From the NCBI GenBank assembly GCA_039714415.1, contig JBDLJL010000006.1, positions 1 to 57,984 on the forward strand: DNA of 57,984 bases, written 5' to 3'. Both the position numbers and the translations under genes were made by a program. This stretch comes from Bacteroidota bacterium (GTDB lineage Bacteria; Bacteroidota; Bacteroidia; Bacteroidales; NBLH01). Positions 32,601 to 41,503 of this stretch are shown piece by piece; positions within the stretch are counted from its first letter, which is position 1; each line of letters starts with the position of its first letter. The notes under the pieces are model-generated. The model saw only the letters and a list, made by a program, of their open reading frames with translations, made no database searches and was not told the DNA's origin.

Positions 32601-32857
32601 AATAAGTTTTTATTGTTTATCCTTTTTTGCAATGAAGAATAAATTGTTGAGGTAAGATAACCTGCAATACCAGCAATTACATATGCAAGAGGTAGTTGTT
32701 CGCTTCCATAATTTTTGATAAAAACTGAGTTTGCCGGAACAAAATAAAAGGCAATAAAAAGACCAAGGAAGAATGAATGAAAAAACAATAATGTAAATTT
32801 CAAACCTTCTTCAGGCTTTAAATCAAACCATTTTATAAATATTTTGCTTAAACTCAT
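29627..32857 (-). CDS. Npt/TLC-like MFS transporter fused to HEAT-like repeats and a C-terminal cNMP-binding-like domain
   Basis: About 12 TM segments in the first ~420 aa with QVKRMYG and LRRGLDDPAFNILYQPL; helical repeat region; C-terminal LKKHPMFFSVPENYLAKMA...ILLRGEL resembles a degenerate cNMP domain. Confidence 0.75.
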   Translation of the reverse strand: MSLSKIFIKWFDLKPEEGLKFTLLFFHSFFLGLFIAFYFVPANSVFIKNYGSEQLPLAYVIAGIAGYLTSTIYSSLQKRINNKNLFLGAVIFMFAITLVSRFSLTYVDPKYLSFFVFIWVWPFISLVGIVSGGLALQFLNLSQVKRMYGLMNMGGVIASIIGYLSIRVLLPYLGNSYDLLHIGNIGLIAAVFILLALYKTLKISSQKEVVKQVSQSDTKFFVLIKDKYFRLIFLSAIFSMVAIYVVDFGFLSSIKVNFKTEAEISKFLALALGGLKIGELAISYFSSRILSKYGVKLGLTILPVTITLIVAISLIIGLTYGVATIAFLALMTLNKSMERILRRGLDDPAFNILYQPLPSGQKMAVQTKVGVVMQVSIAVAGLILFLTNFILNTPDGYRLEYYPIIILPLLIVWVLVARQLYLSYKGRLRQILIDISRNKKRDSARHFYGSEFLTKKFKKFNDKVVQMSVNLLSETNPRVMEPYATSLLNKRIDSIKHAILSKIDPSWRTRIMHSVKKIYIADKSEEIRDLAFKAKNILDYTNLKEINKGEVNELIKSWTFGDKLLIEKLLVKGLIEYDDKLINRLLKDDDKIIKSAAINLASKSKSPKLIKKLVDLIRSDEYYHICGDALLEVGDRVLDELEEFFIKEEDSKVLLRIIEILAKNGSSKAKSILVRYLNYPDRNVQTELISGLYFCKYQADGKEQSIIKKKLDGVIDNILWIYACILDIETERNTLKIVQALDLEREYNFENLFKLLSFLYEPRIINLIKKNIIGKNTIFAIEIIDNFISLETKQLLIPLFDDISSGQKIKKLNSFFPQDRLKFRDRLKNIIIKDFDKVGPWTMTKSIDLLGRLHAKKKSGAEQEDKTRSYSDIGIWTSEQVNKTLYKIRRSEMPDEIFVCLFHPDELVYSTAAKIIYEENPIKCADYLERMSDDKKELLENLSNNGFLIADRIKHLKKHPMFFSVPENYLAKMAKFIRVKIIQAGEEIDITNDDNTNSVVILLRGELEAVNPNNEPVVFGKNDIITLGINLNANVTKLKGKVKTTLLLAKRFDYYNLLVDQTEIMQHIFGEVAVDE

Positions 32858-32951
32858 ATTTTAAAAAATTTCAAAATTAATAGAACCAATCATGTAAGTT
32901 TGTAAAGTTATTCATTTTTTTCAAACTGAATAATTCTTATTTTAATCAGTT

Positions 32952-33130
32952 TAGCCTGCATTATTCATAAATATTATCTTTTTCAATATTTATGGGCAAT
33001 GCAGAGCCAGTTCCGTTGGATAACGGAATTAACCCCGATTTAGAAAAACTTGGGTTTCAATTTTCCTGAAACCCTTAGTTTTACTTAATCGTCAGGTTAA
33101 TTCATAAAAGTTTATGAATTAATCGGGTTA
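32952..33130. repeat. Multi-hairpin intergenic element
   Basis: Hairpins at 32956-33004, 33009-33030, 33031-33098 and 33097-33122; the ends TAGCCTG / CGGGTTA can pair. Confidence 0.65.
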
Positions 33131-34486
33131 GATTTCAATATAATCCTTAATGAACAAAAGTTGTCCTCTTTTTCGTTTGTACATGCTAACCATATATAAT
33201 ATACCTATACTTATTAACAAACTAATACTACCAACAATTAGAATTAGGTCATTCTCTCCGGGTAGCTCATAACCGAAGCCTGAACTTATAGACTTAACAA
33301 CACTCATAGAACCCAGTATCATTGTTATCCAAACTATTGCACCTAACAGTATATTTGAAAACCAGCCGTTTGTTCTGCCTTTACCCATTAAAACCGGGTC
33401 GTTAATTACAAAAATAAGAAAAACACTAAGAAAGGGTAATATTAACCCGTTTAATGCCTGGGCAATTATAATAGCTGGTATTGGCTCAACTTTAGCAAAG
33501 CCAAAACCCAAACCAACAATGAGAACACCGATATATACCATTTTATAATACTGTCCCTGGGTTCTCCATTTATTTTCATTTTTTTCTTCAAAAAAGCTTT
33601 TTGCAGTTATAGCAGAAACTAGGGGGGCAGTTATAGCTGATGAAAACCCTGCTGCAAACATTCCAAACCCAAAAACATAAACAGCAAAAGGTCCAATTTT
33701 ATATGTCAATGCATTTGCAAGTGATTCATAAGTAAACTCACCAGTAATTATCGTTCCAACAGTCATAATAGCCATTGAAATTAATCCACCTAACATAATA
33801 GCAACGGTTAACCCGAAGCGCATTTCGCTTATTTCCTGACTCTTATCTATAACACCTGATCCCAAAAATAAATCATAAGGGACTACGGTAGTTCCAATAA
33901 TTCCAAGAACCAATAATCCGGCACCTGCCCCTTCAGGTATGGTTGGAACAAATATTCCATTTAAAATTGAAGATAAAGAAGGTTTTAATAAAATAGCAGT
34001 GGTAATAAAAGCTATACCCATTAAAAAAACTATACCCCCCATTATCTTCGCTATGGTTTGTACCGACCTCAAACTCAGTGCCATAAGCGCCAATATCCCA
34101 ATAGCAGTAACTATAATATATTGCGGTATCTCAAAAATCAATTTTAACCCGGCCATTGAACCTAATATATTTCCGGTTTCGTATGCAGCTGAACCAAGAA
34201 CTATTGCACCAATTACCAGTAAAAGAACAAGGTTTTTAGTTGGGCGGTTTTCAAACTGTTTCGCAATTGCTTTGGCAAGGTTCATTCCTGAATGAATAGT
34301 TATTCTAGCACTTGCCTCTTGGAGTAAAATACAGGCAAATGTTGAAAATGCCAAAGCCCATAACAGATCAAAATGAAAATAAGCACCCGCTTTGGTTGCT
34401 GTAGTTACTGTGCCCGGCCCAATAAAAGCCGCGGAAATAACCGACCAAAACATTACATTAAGTATGCGGGATTTAAATGAATTCAT
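33128..34486 (-). CDS. NRAMP-fold transporter, non-DPGN type, paralogue 2
   Basis: AAFIGPGT, LLQEASAR, GTTVVPYDLF, AAGFSS and AQALNG; 11-12 TM. Confidence 0.85.
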   Translation of the reverse strand: MNSFKSRILNVMFWSVISAAFIGPGTVTTATKAGAYFHFDLLWALAFSTFACILLQEASARITIHSGMNLAKAIAKQFENRPTKNLVLLLVIGAIVLGSAAYETGNILGSMAGLKLIFEIPQYIIVTAIGILALMALSLRSVQTIAKIMGGIVFLMGIAFITTAILLKPSLSSILNGIFVPTIPEGAGAGLLVLGIIGTTVVPYDLFLGSGVIDKSQEISEMRFGLTVAIMLGGLISMAIMTVGTIITGEFTYESLANALTYKIGPFAVYVFGFGMFAAGFSSAITAPLVSAITAKSFFEEKNENKWRTQGQYYKMVYIGVLIVGLGFGFAKVEPIPAIIIAQALNGLILPFLSVFLIFVINDPVLMGKGRTNGWFSNILLGAIVWITMILGSMSVVKSISSGFGYELPGENDLILIVGSISLLISIGILYMVSMYKRKRGQLLFIKDYIEI

Positions 34487-34489
34487 ATT

Positions 34490-35827
34490 CTATTTTAACA
34501 GTAGTTCTCTTTCTTTTCTGTACCTTTTAATCATTAATAAAATGCCAATACTAATAAATAAACTAAGAATACTTACAAAAACAATTAACGTATCACCTTG
34601 TTTAACAGGTTTTTCTATAGCTGAACCAATTGCTTTAATAATACTAATCACTCCCATAATCATGGTCACCCACATTACAATTGCCATTAATATATTAGAC
34701 AGCCAGCCATTTGTATTGTTTTTGCCCATTAATACCGGGTCATTTATCACATAGATTAAAAATATGCTGATAAAGGGTAAAATCAAACCATTTAAAGCCT
34801 GGGCTAAAATAATTGCCGGTATTGGTTTAACCTCAGCCAATCCAAAAACTAAGCCAACAATTAAAACACCGAGAAAAACCATTTTAAAATATAGCCCCTG
34901 GGTTCTCCACTTTTTTTTGGATTTTTCTTCAAAAAGGCTTTTAGCCGTAATTGCTGAAGCAAGGGGTGCTGTAATTGCTGATGAAAAACCTGCAGCAAAC
35001 ATTCCAAAACCAAAAATATAGACTGCGTAAGGCCCAATTTTATAAGTTAATGCCTGTGCCAGGGTTTCATAAGTAAATTCGGTTGTTATTATGGTGCCAA
35101 CAGTCATAATAGCCATTGATATAACTCCCCCAAGTATAACTGCTACCGATAAACCAAAACGCATATCGTTGATTGTCTGCTTTTTATTTAATACTCCGGA
35201 ACCTAAAAACAAATCGTAAGGTACAACCGTTGTTCCAATAATTCCCAGAACCAACAAACCTGCCCCTTCAGTATTTGGGATGGTTGGAACAAAACTACCC
35301 TTTAAAATTTCCGTGATGGGCGGATTTAGCTGGATTGCAGTTGTAAAAAAAGCCAGTCCCATAAAAAAAACAATTCCACCCATGATTCGGGCAATTGTTT
35401 TAATTGAACTAAGACTAAGCGCAAAAAAAGCCAACAATCCAATTACAATGACCAATATTTTTTGAGGAATGTCGAATATAAGTGATAAGCCGGCTATGGA
35501 ACCTAAAATATTACCTGTTTCATATGCTGCAGAACCCAAAACAATAGCACCAATAACTAAAAACAAAACCAAAGTTTTTGTCGACTTTCCTTCGAATTGT
35601 TTTGCAATGGCCTGCCCTAAATTCAATCCCGAGTTTATAGTTATCCGGGCACTTGCTTCCTGAAGCAGCAAACAAGCAAATGTTGAAAAAACCAATGCCC
35701 ATAACAAATCGAACTGAAAGTTAGCCCCCGCTTTTGTTGCAGTGGTAACTGTACCCGGGCCAATAAAAGCAGCAGATACTATTGACCAAAATAACACATT
35801 TAGAAAACGGGATTTAAAAGTGTTCAT
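34490..35827 (-). CDS. NRAMP-fold transporter, non-DPGN type, paralogue 1
   Basis: Same motifs as its neighbour; 55 of the first 64 aa are identical. Confidence 0.85.
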   Translation of the reverse strand: MNTFKSRFLNVLFWSIVSAAFIGPGTVTTATKAGANFQFDLLWALVFSTFACLLLQEASARITINSGLNLGQAIAKQFEGKSTKTLVLFLVIGAIVLGSAAYETGNILGSIAGLSLIFDIPQKILVIVIGLLAFFALSLSSIKTIARIMGGIVFFMGLAFFTTAIQLNPPITEILKGSFVPTIPNTEGAGLLVLGIIGTTVVPYDLFLGSGVLNKKQTINDMRFGLSVAVILGGVISMAIMTVGTIITTEFTYETLAQALTYKIGPYAVYIFGFGMFAAGFSSAITAPLASAITAKSLFEEKSKKKWRTQGLYFKMVFLGVLIVGLVFGLAEVKPIPAIILAQALNGLILPFISIFLIYVINDPVLMGKNNTNGWLSNILMAIVMWVTMIMGVISIIKAIGSAIEKPVKQGDTLIVFVSILSLFISIGILLMIKRYRKERELLLK

Positions 35828-35836
35828 TTACTAAAA

Positions 35837-36352
35837 CTAAAAGTTCAGATAATCTGTTATCTTATTAATAATCTCATTTTGATTAAGGTCACGATTTCTT
35901 TCTGCAACAAGGAATTTTTCCAATGCTTCAATAGGTTTTTTCCTATTTGTCCAATCCCCGCACTTCACTTTTACGGGTTCATTTCTTCTTCTGTAAAACA
36001 AAGCAATAGATTTATTTTCTTCAGAGAAATTAATTTTTTCACCTTCAGAATAAGGCCAAAATGGGATTAAATCCAAATCATATCCTGCAGGAAATTCACC
36101 GGAAGTACTTTCTAAATGGTCGATTCTTAATAAACAGTAAAAATTTACCAAATACAATTCACCTATTGTATAAGCATTTTTTTCTCTAAAATCAATATAT
36201 GCACTTCCAATCTCAGATTTCATTAATTGACCTTGCGTATAATACATTCCCTGATATTCGCTTCCTTCCATATAAAAGTCAAGCCTACACCCTTTACGCA
36301 GGGTTCCAAAAACAAATACCCGGATATTTGGTGTACGAAGATTGTTAAACAT
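35837..36352 (-). CDS. Gamma-glutamylcyclotransferase (GGCT/AIG2-like) family protein
   Basis: VFVFGTLRKG (family pattern xFVYGTL), GELY, and IDHLE with the catalytic-type Glu. Confidence 0.8.
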   Translation of the reverse strand: MFNNLRTPNIRVFVFGTLRKGCRLDFYMEGSEYQGMYYTQGQLMKSEIGSAYIDFREKNAYTIGELYLVNFYCLLRIDHLESTSGEFPAGYDLDLIPFWPYSEGEKINFSEENKSIALFYRRRNEPVKVKCGDWTNRKKPIEALEKFLVAERNRDLNQNEIINKITDYLNF

Positions 36353-36546
36353 AATTTAAAAGTTTCTAAATAATTACTTTAACGATCATATTATACAAGA
36401 AATAAGCCAAAATATTAGAAAATTTATTGATTAACCCACTTTATTAGAATTCGCTGAGCACTTCGTGGTTCACAAAATGCGTTTATGTTGCAGGTTAAAA
36501 CAAATTTTTATTAATTTTCCAAAAAATTTGATAATTACTATTAATT

Positions 36547-37314
36547 ATGGACAACAGAATTCTTAGAAAATTTGGATTTAAAAATGACCAACAAGGGATT
36601 ATGAACCGGTATATTCGTGAATCAAGTGGGTGGGACAATCACCTAAAAAACACCAAAGAATTTATCATTCAATCCGCAGAACTAAAGAATAAAACAAGTT
36701 GTATTATTCTTGGAAGCGGTTGGTTACTTGATGTTCCTATTGTTGACTTGTCATATTTATTTGAAAAAGTAACTTTAATTGATATAATTCACCCTGCTCA
36801 AATCGTACATAAAATCAACATTTACCCAAATGTAGAAATTATTGAATCAGATATAACCGGTTTTATTGAACCTGTTTATCATTTTATGAAAGAAGCGAAA
36901 AAATCAAAATTAAATCTTCATCAAATTGAAGCTATACATTCAGATTTTTGGTTTAATGATATAAAAAATGCTGATTTTGTGGTTTCAGTTAATATTCTGA
37001 ACCAGTTAGATATTCTGATTTGTGATTATATAAAAAAATTTGATGTCTACTCAGAACAGGAAATTACTGAATTCAGAAAAACTATTCAACAGAATCATTT
37101 AAATGTTTTACCAAAGGGAAAATCCTGCCTGATTACAGATTATGAAGAGCTGAGCATGGATGAGAATAATAAAGCTATCAAGAATAAGCCTTTGGTTTAC
37201 ATTGATTTACCTAAAAGAGATAATTCAAAAAAATGGCAGTGGAACTTTGATATGAGCCAATCTTACAATAAAAATTTAAATACAGTTTTTGAGGTTATTG
37301 GAATGAAAATATAG
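36547..37314 (+). CDS. Hypothetical protein with a SAM-methyltransferase-like Rossmann motif
   Basis: IILGSGWLLD, VTLIDI, ESDITG and DFVVSVNILNQL. Confidence 0.55.
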   Translation: MDNRILRKFGFKNDQQGIMNRYIRESSGWDNHLKNTKEFIIQSAELKNKTSCIILGSGWLLDVPIVDLSYLFEKVTLIDIIHPAQIVHKINIYPNVEIIESDITGFIEPVYHFMKEAKKSKLNLHQIEAIHSDFWFNDIKNADFVVSVNILNQLDILICDYIKKFDVYSEQEITEFRKTIQQNHLNVLPKGKSCLITDYEELSMDENNKAIKNKPLVYIDLPKRDNSKKWQWNFDMSQSYNKNLNTVFEVIGMKI

Positions 37315-37413
37315 CGTCTGAAGGGGAAATGACGCACCGAAAAACTAAAAGCCCGGAATAAACCAGGCCATTATATTTTCGCTGCGTATTGTTTGCAGCC
37401 CATGTTCTAAACT

Positions 37414-37914
37414 CTAACCATTATTAAACTGTACCAAAAACTCTCCGGTATAAGTTCCTGAAAAAACTTTTCCGTCAACCATGGTCAGGTTCATTTTTAC
37501 TGTGTAATTATTTCCACCGTTATGCACAATGTTTAAAGTTCCAGTTTGCAGGTTTGTAGAATTACTTGTTGTTCCACTAATTTCCGTATAATTGGTTAAC
37601 CAATCATCTATTAAACGTGCATCACCGGATTGTGGGTATGCATAATCCCCTTCAATAGGTTGATTAGTTGAGTATTCAATATCAATAGCCAGTGATTTTG
37701 ACCCTGATTCACTTACACTCATAAAGTTTACACCCGCATGTCCATCACCATCAATAGATACACCAATAATTGATGCAGTAGTAATTTCGAATGCCGCTCC
37801 ATCTATAGTTAGCGAGTTTTGATTAGAATTAACTTCATCTTTTTCACAACTGCTTATGCTTAGCATTGCAACTGTTAAAAAAAGAATTACTCTTGTAATT
37901 TGAGAAATTTTCAT
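37414..37914 (-). CDS. Lipoprotein of unknown function
   Basis: Lipoprotein signal ISSC followed by the acidic stretch EKDE; beta-rich mature part. Confidence 0.75.
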   Translation of the reverse strand: MKISQITRVILFLTVAMLSISSCEKDEVNSNQNSLTIDGAAFEITTASIIGVSIDGDGHAGVNFMSVSESGSKSLAIDIEYSTNQPIEGDYAYPQSGDARLIDDWLTNYTEISGTTSNSTNLQTGTLNIVHNGGNNYTVKMNLTMVDGKVFSGTYTGEFLVQFNNG

Positions 37915-38045
37915 TTCTTTTTTTTAATTAATAATAGCCTACTCTTTTGATTTTCGGCTGGCTCACCTAATCCTGTTTTTTAGATGGTTTTTTAGGAATC
38001 ATCCATCAATGTTTAGAAAATGTATGCTTCTACCCTCTTTTACTT

Positions 38046-38072
38046 ATACGTAATTCCTGTAAAAAAGTTTCA
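38046..38072 (-). promoter_or_regulatory. ECF-sigma-type promoter upstream of the lipoprotein gene
   Basis: Minus strand TGAAAC-N16-CGTAT matches the AAC/CGT ECF consensus. Confidence 0.6.
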
Positions 38073-38200
38073 AAATACTCATGAATTATTAGGGAAAATT
38101 CTGTGTAATGGCCATCGAAGACAGATATCCTTCAAATTAGTAAAATATTTATCGGCATGACACACATTTTTTATAAACTTTATGGGGTGTGATTGACCCC

Positions 38201-38252
38201 CGATAAGCGAAGTTTGCAACTTCGCTTATCGTTCCAGTAGTTTTCAACTACT
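38201..38252. repeat. Two related hairpins (REP-like)
   Basis: Perfect 14 bp CGATAAGCGAAGTT-TGC-AACTTCGCTTATCG followed by AGTAGTT-TTC-AACTACT. Confidence 0.7.
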
Positions 38253-38588
38253 ATGCTATAACATTTATTCATTACCAAATTAAACACAATTTATACTGTT
38301 TTTTTAACGATTTATTCGGAAATTCCTGTAGATTATCTTATTTTTAACCCTTATTGAGCAATACTTTTAGAAAATTGTATACTTTTAAAGAAATATAATT
38401 AAATCCCGCTCTAGCTTATATTGTCTGGAATGTTTTTAATATCTATATTACTTATATTTTACAAGTAATTACGAATGTTAGACGTTTATTTTAGTTACTA
38501 ATATCTAATACTTATTAATTAAAGCATAACAAATCGTCTAATGTATCACAGGTATATTAAACCAGAGCCTTAAACTTTATACTCAAAA

Positions 38589-41375
38589 ATGGACTATAAC
38601 GACTTTACCATAATAACACAAAAAGCCTTAAAAAGAGGCTCTCAGATTGCGAAGGAAAGAAAATGCAGTGCAATTGAAAATGCCCATATTTTAAAAGGTA
38701 TACTCGAAATTGATAAAAACGTAACCCCATTTATTCTCAAAAAACTGGATGTTGATATCGCAAAATTTGAAGAAATAATTGACCAGGTAATGGATAACTA
38801 TCCTCAATTAAAAGAAGGCAAAGAATTAATTGTTTCCGGAAATGTTGACAAATCGTTAAAAACAGCCAAAAGAATTGCCGAACATCTTAATGACGAGTAC
38901 ATTTCTATTGAACACATATTTTCAGGTATATTGCTGACCGGTGATATGGTTTCTTCTGTAATGAAAGATAAAGGAATTGACCAGGAAAAACTTGAATCTG
39001 CAATAAAAGGATTAAGAAAGGGGGTTAAAGTTGAACGCAGAAATAAAGATGAATTTGAAAACCTGAATAAATATGCAGTAAACCTTAATGAAAAAGCTCA
39101 ATCAGGTAATTTAGACCCGGTTGTTGGCCGAACAGAAGAAATCAGACGTATTTTGCAGATTGTATCACGACGCAGAAAAAACAACCCTGTAATTATTGGC
39201 GATCCGGGAGTTGGTAAAACGGCAGTTGTTGAAGGGCTGGTTCATAGGGTAATAAAAGGGGATATTCCTGATAACCTCAAAAATAGCCGTATATTCTCAT
39301 TGGATATGGGATCATTAATAGCAGGTGCAAGTAAACAAGGCGAATTTGAAGAGCGTTTAAAAGCAGTAATCCGTGAAGTAAAAGAAGCTGCCGGAGCAGT
39401 GATCCTGTTTATTGATGAAATTCATTTGCTGGTTGGTGCAGGGAAAGGTGGTGGTACCATGAATGCTGCGAATATTTTAAAACCTGCACTTGCCAGGGGG
39501 GAAATTAAAGTTATTGGGGCAACAACCGTTGATGAATACCAGAAATATTTTGAAAAAGATAAAGCCCTGGAACGACGTTTCCAAAAAGTAATGATTGAAG
39601 AACCGGATAATGATGATTGCATATCAATTTTGAGGGGAATAAAAGAGAAATACGAGAACTTCCATAAAGTACAAATAAAAGACGGAGCATTGGTTGCTGC
39701 CGTTGAGCTTTCCAAACGCTATGTTACAGACCGCTTTTTACCTGATAAAGCCATAGATTTAATTGATGAAGCAGCATCAAAACTTAGATTAGAAATGAAC
39801 ACCCTGCCCGGGGAAATTGATGAAGTGGAAAGACAAATTGTTCGTTTAGAAACTGAACGAAGTATGGTTATTAAGGAAAATGATGAAAAATCAGAAAAAG
39901 ATTTATCAGAAAAAATTGTTAACCTTAAAGATGAACGAACAAAACTGCGTGCGATTTGGGAATCAGAAAAAAAATTAATTTCAGATATCATTGCTGCAAA
40001 AGAAAAACTGGTAAGCTTTAAAAAAGAAGCAGAAAAATTACAAAAAGAAGGTGAATTTGATCAGGTTGCAGAAATAAAATATGTGAAAATTCCTGAAATC
40101 CAGGAAAAGATTAATAAACTGGAAAAAGAAATGGCCGAAAGCTCATCAGAAGTTATTTTGGCTAAAGAAGCGGTTGATCGTGACCTGGTAGCAGAAATTA
40201 TTGCTAATTGGACGGGTATCCCGGTAACAAAAATGGTTAAAAGTGAAAAAGAAAAACTGGTAAAGCTTGAAGAAGAGCTTCATAAACGCATTATTGGTCA
40301 ACATGAAGCAATAATAGCTGTTTCTGATGCGGTTAGGCGCAGCCGTGCCGGTCTGCATGATGCTAAAAAACCTATTGGCTCTTTTATTTTCCTTGGGACA
40401 ACCGGTGTTGGAAAAACTGAATTGGCCAAAGCACTGGCTGCTTTCCTGTTTGATGATGAAAGTTCAATGGTCCGCATTGATATGTCTGAATATCAGGAAA
40501 AACATACGGTTTCACGTCTGGTTGGTTCCCCACCCGGCTATGTTGGTCACGATGAAGGTGGCCAGCTTACTGAAGCAGTACGGCGGAAACCCTATTCTGT
40601 AGTTTTATTTGATGAAATTGAAAAGGCGCATAAAGATGTTTTTTACACTTTGTTGCAGGTTTTGGATGATGGCCGGCTTACGGACAGTAAAGGAAGGACT
40701 GTTAATTTTAAGAATACCATCATTATAATGACCTCAAATGCCGGTTCTGACAAGATTATGGATCATTTTGAAAAAATGACTTCTGCAAACCGAAAGGAAA
40801 AGATACGAAAAGCAAAGGAAGATGTTTCAAAAGTGTTAAAAGAAAAGATGGCACCTGAATTTCTGAACCGTATTGATGAAATTATCATGTTCACCCCCTT
40901 ATCGGTTTATGAAATAAAACAAATTGTTGAATTACAATTACGTAGCTTAAAGAAAAAACTGTTAAACCAGGAAATAAATATTCATGTATCAGAAAAAGGC
41001 ATTAACTGGATTACCCGTTTATCCTACAATCCACAATTTGGTGCCAGACCAATAAAAAGAACGATACAAAGGCATATTTTAAATGAACTGTCCAAACAAA
41101 TATTGACTGATACGGTTACTAAAGATAAAATCATATTGATAGATTACAAGGAAGGAAAACTTGTATTTTCAAATATTACAGAAGACGAGAAAACAAAACT
41201 TATTGAAGTAGAGAAAAAAGAAGCTGAAGCCAGAAAAAAAGAACTTCAAAAACTTCCTTCAAAAGTAAAAAAAGAAAAAAGTACGGAAGTAGAAAAGAAA
41301 AAAGGTATATTTGGTCGCTTTTTTAGTTGGGTTGGTGAACTTTTTAAAAGGAAAAAGATTGAAGGGACATCGTAA
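38589..41375 (+). CDS. clpB: ClpB-family AAA+ ATPase, atypical (variant pore loop, C-terminal extension)
   Basis: Clp_N repeats, NBD1 [14 protein letters not shown], coiled-coil M domain, NBD2 [18 protein letters not shown]; no IGF loop. Confidence 0.85.
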   Translation: MDYNDFTIITQKALKRGSQIAKERKCSAIENAHILKGILEIDKNVTPFILKKLDVDIAKFEEIIDQVMDNYPQLKEGKELIVSGNVDKSLKTAKRIAEHLNDEYISIEHIFSGILLTGDMVSSVMKDKGIDQEKLESAIKGLRKGVKVERRNKDEFENLNKYAVNLNEKAQSGNLDPVVGRTEEIRRILQIVSRRRKNNPVIIGDPGVGKTAVVEGLVHRVIKGDIPDNLKNSRIFSLDMGSLIAGASKQGEFEERLKAVIREVKEAAGAVILFIDEIHLLVGAGKGGGTMNAANILKPALARGEIKVIGATTVDEYQKYFEKDKALERRFQKVMIEEPDNDDCISILRGIKEKYENFHKVQIKDGALVAAVELSKRYVTDRFLPDKAIDLIDEAASKLRLEMNTLPGEIDEVERQIVRLETERSMVIKENDEKSEKDLSEKIVNLKDERTKLRAIWESEKKLISDIIAAKEKLVSFKKEAEKLQKEGEFDQVAEIKYVKIPEIQEKINKLEKEMAESSSEVILAKEAVDRDLVAEIIANWTGIPVTKMVKSEKEKLVKLEEELHKRIIGQHEAIIAVSDAVRRSRAGLHDAKKPIGSFIFLGTTGVGKTELAKALAAFLFDDESSMVRIDMSEYQEKHTVSRLVGSPPGYVGHDEGGQLTEAVRRKPYSVVLFDEIEKAHKDVFYTLLQVLDDGRLTDSKGRTVNFKNTIIIMTSNAGSDKIMDHFEKMTSANRKEKIRKAKEDVSKVLKEKMAPEFLNRIDEIIMFTPLSVYEIKQIVELQLRSLKKKLLNQEINIHVSEKGINWITRLSYNPQFGARPIKRTIQRHILNELSKQILTDTVTKDKIILIDYKEGKLVFSNITEDEKTKLIEVEKKEAEARKKELQKLPSKVKKEKSTEVEKKKGIFGRFFSWVGELFKRKKIEGTS

Positions 41376-41503
41376 ATAATAATAAATTAATTACTCGATT
41401 AGCAATGGAAGATATACGATTACTCGATGGAGGAAAAATCGTAAATCAAATGTTCGTCAATCTCTTAATCGTAAATAATATTAAAACATATAATTTATTT
41501 TAA

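Noticed and set aside
33031-33098. CTGACGA on the minus strand resembling a hammerhead ribozyme core
   Set aside because: No stem II followed by GAAA in the required position, so the hammerhead topology cannot be built.
36431-36498. attC-like site (TAAC...GTTA)
   Set aside because: RYYYAAC/GTTRRRY boxes do not match properly, internal pairing is weak, and there is no integrase or cassette array.
38589-41375. T6SS ClpV/TssH
   Set aside because: No T6SS genes nearby, and the protein keeps a full ClpB-type coiled-coil M domain.
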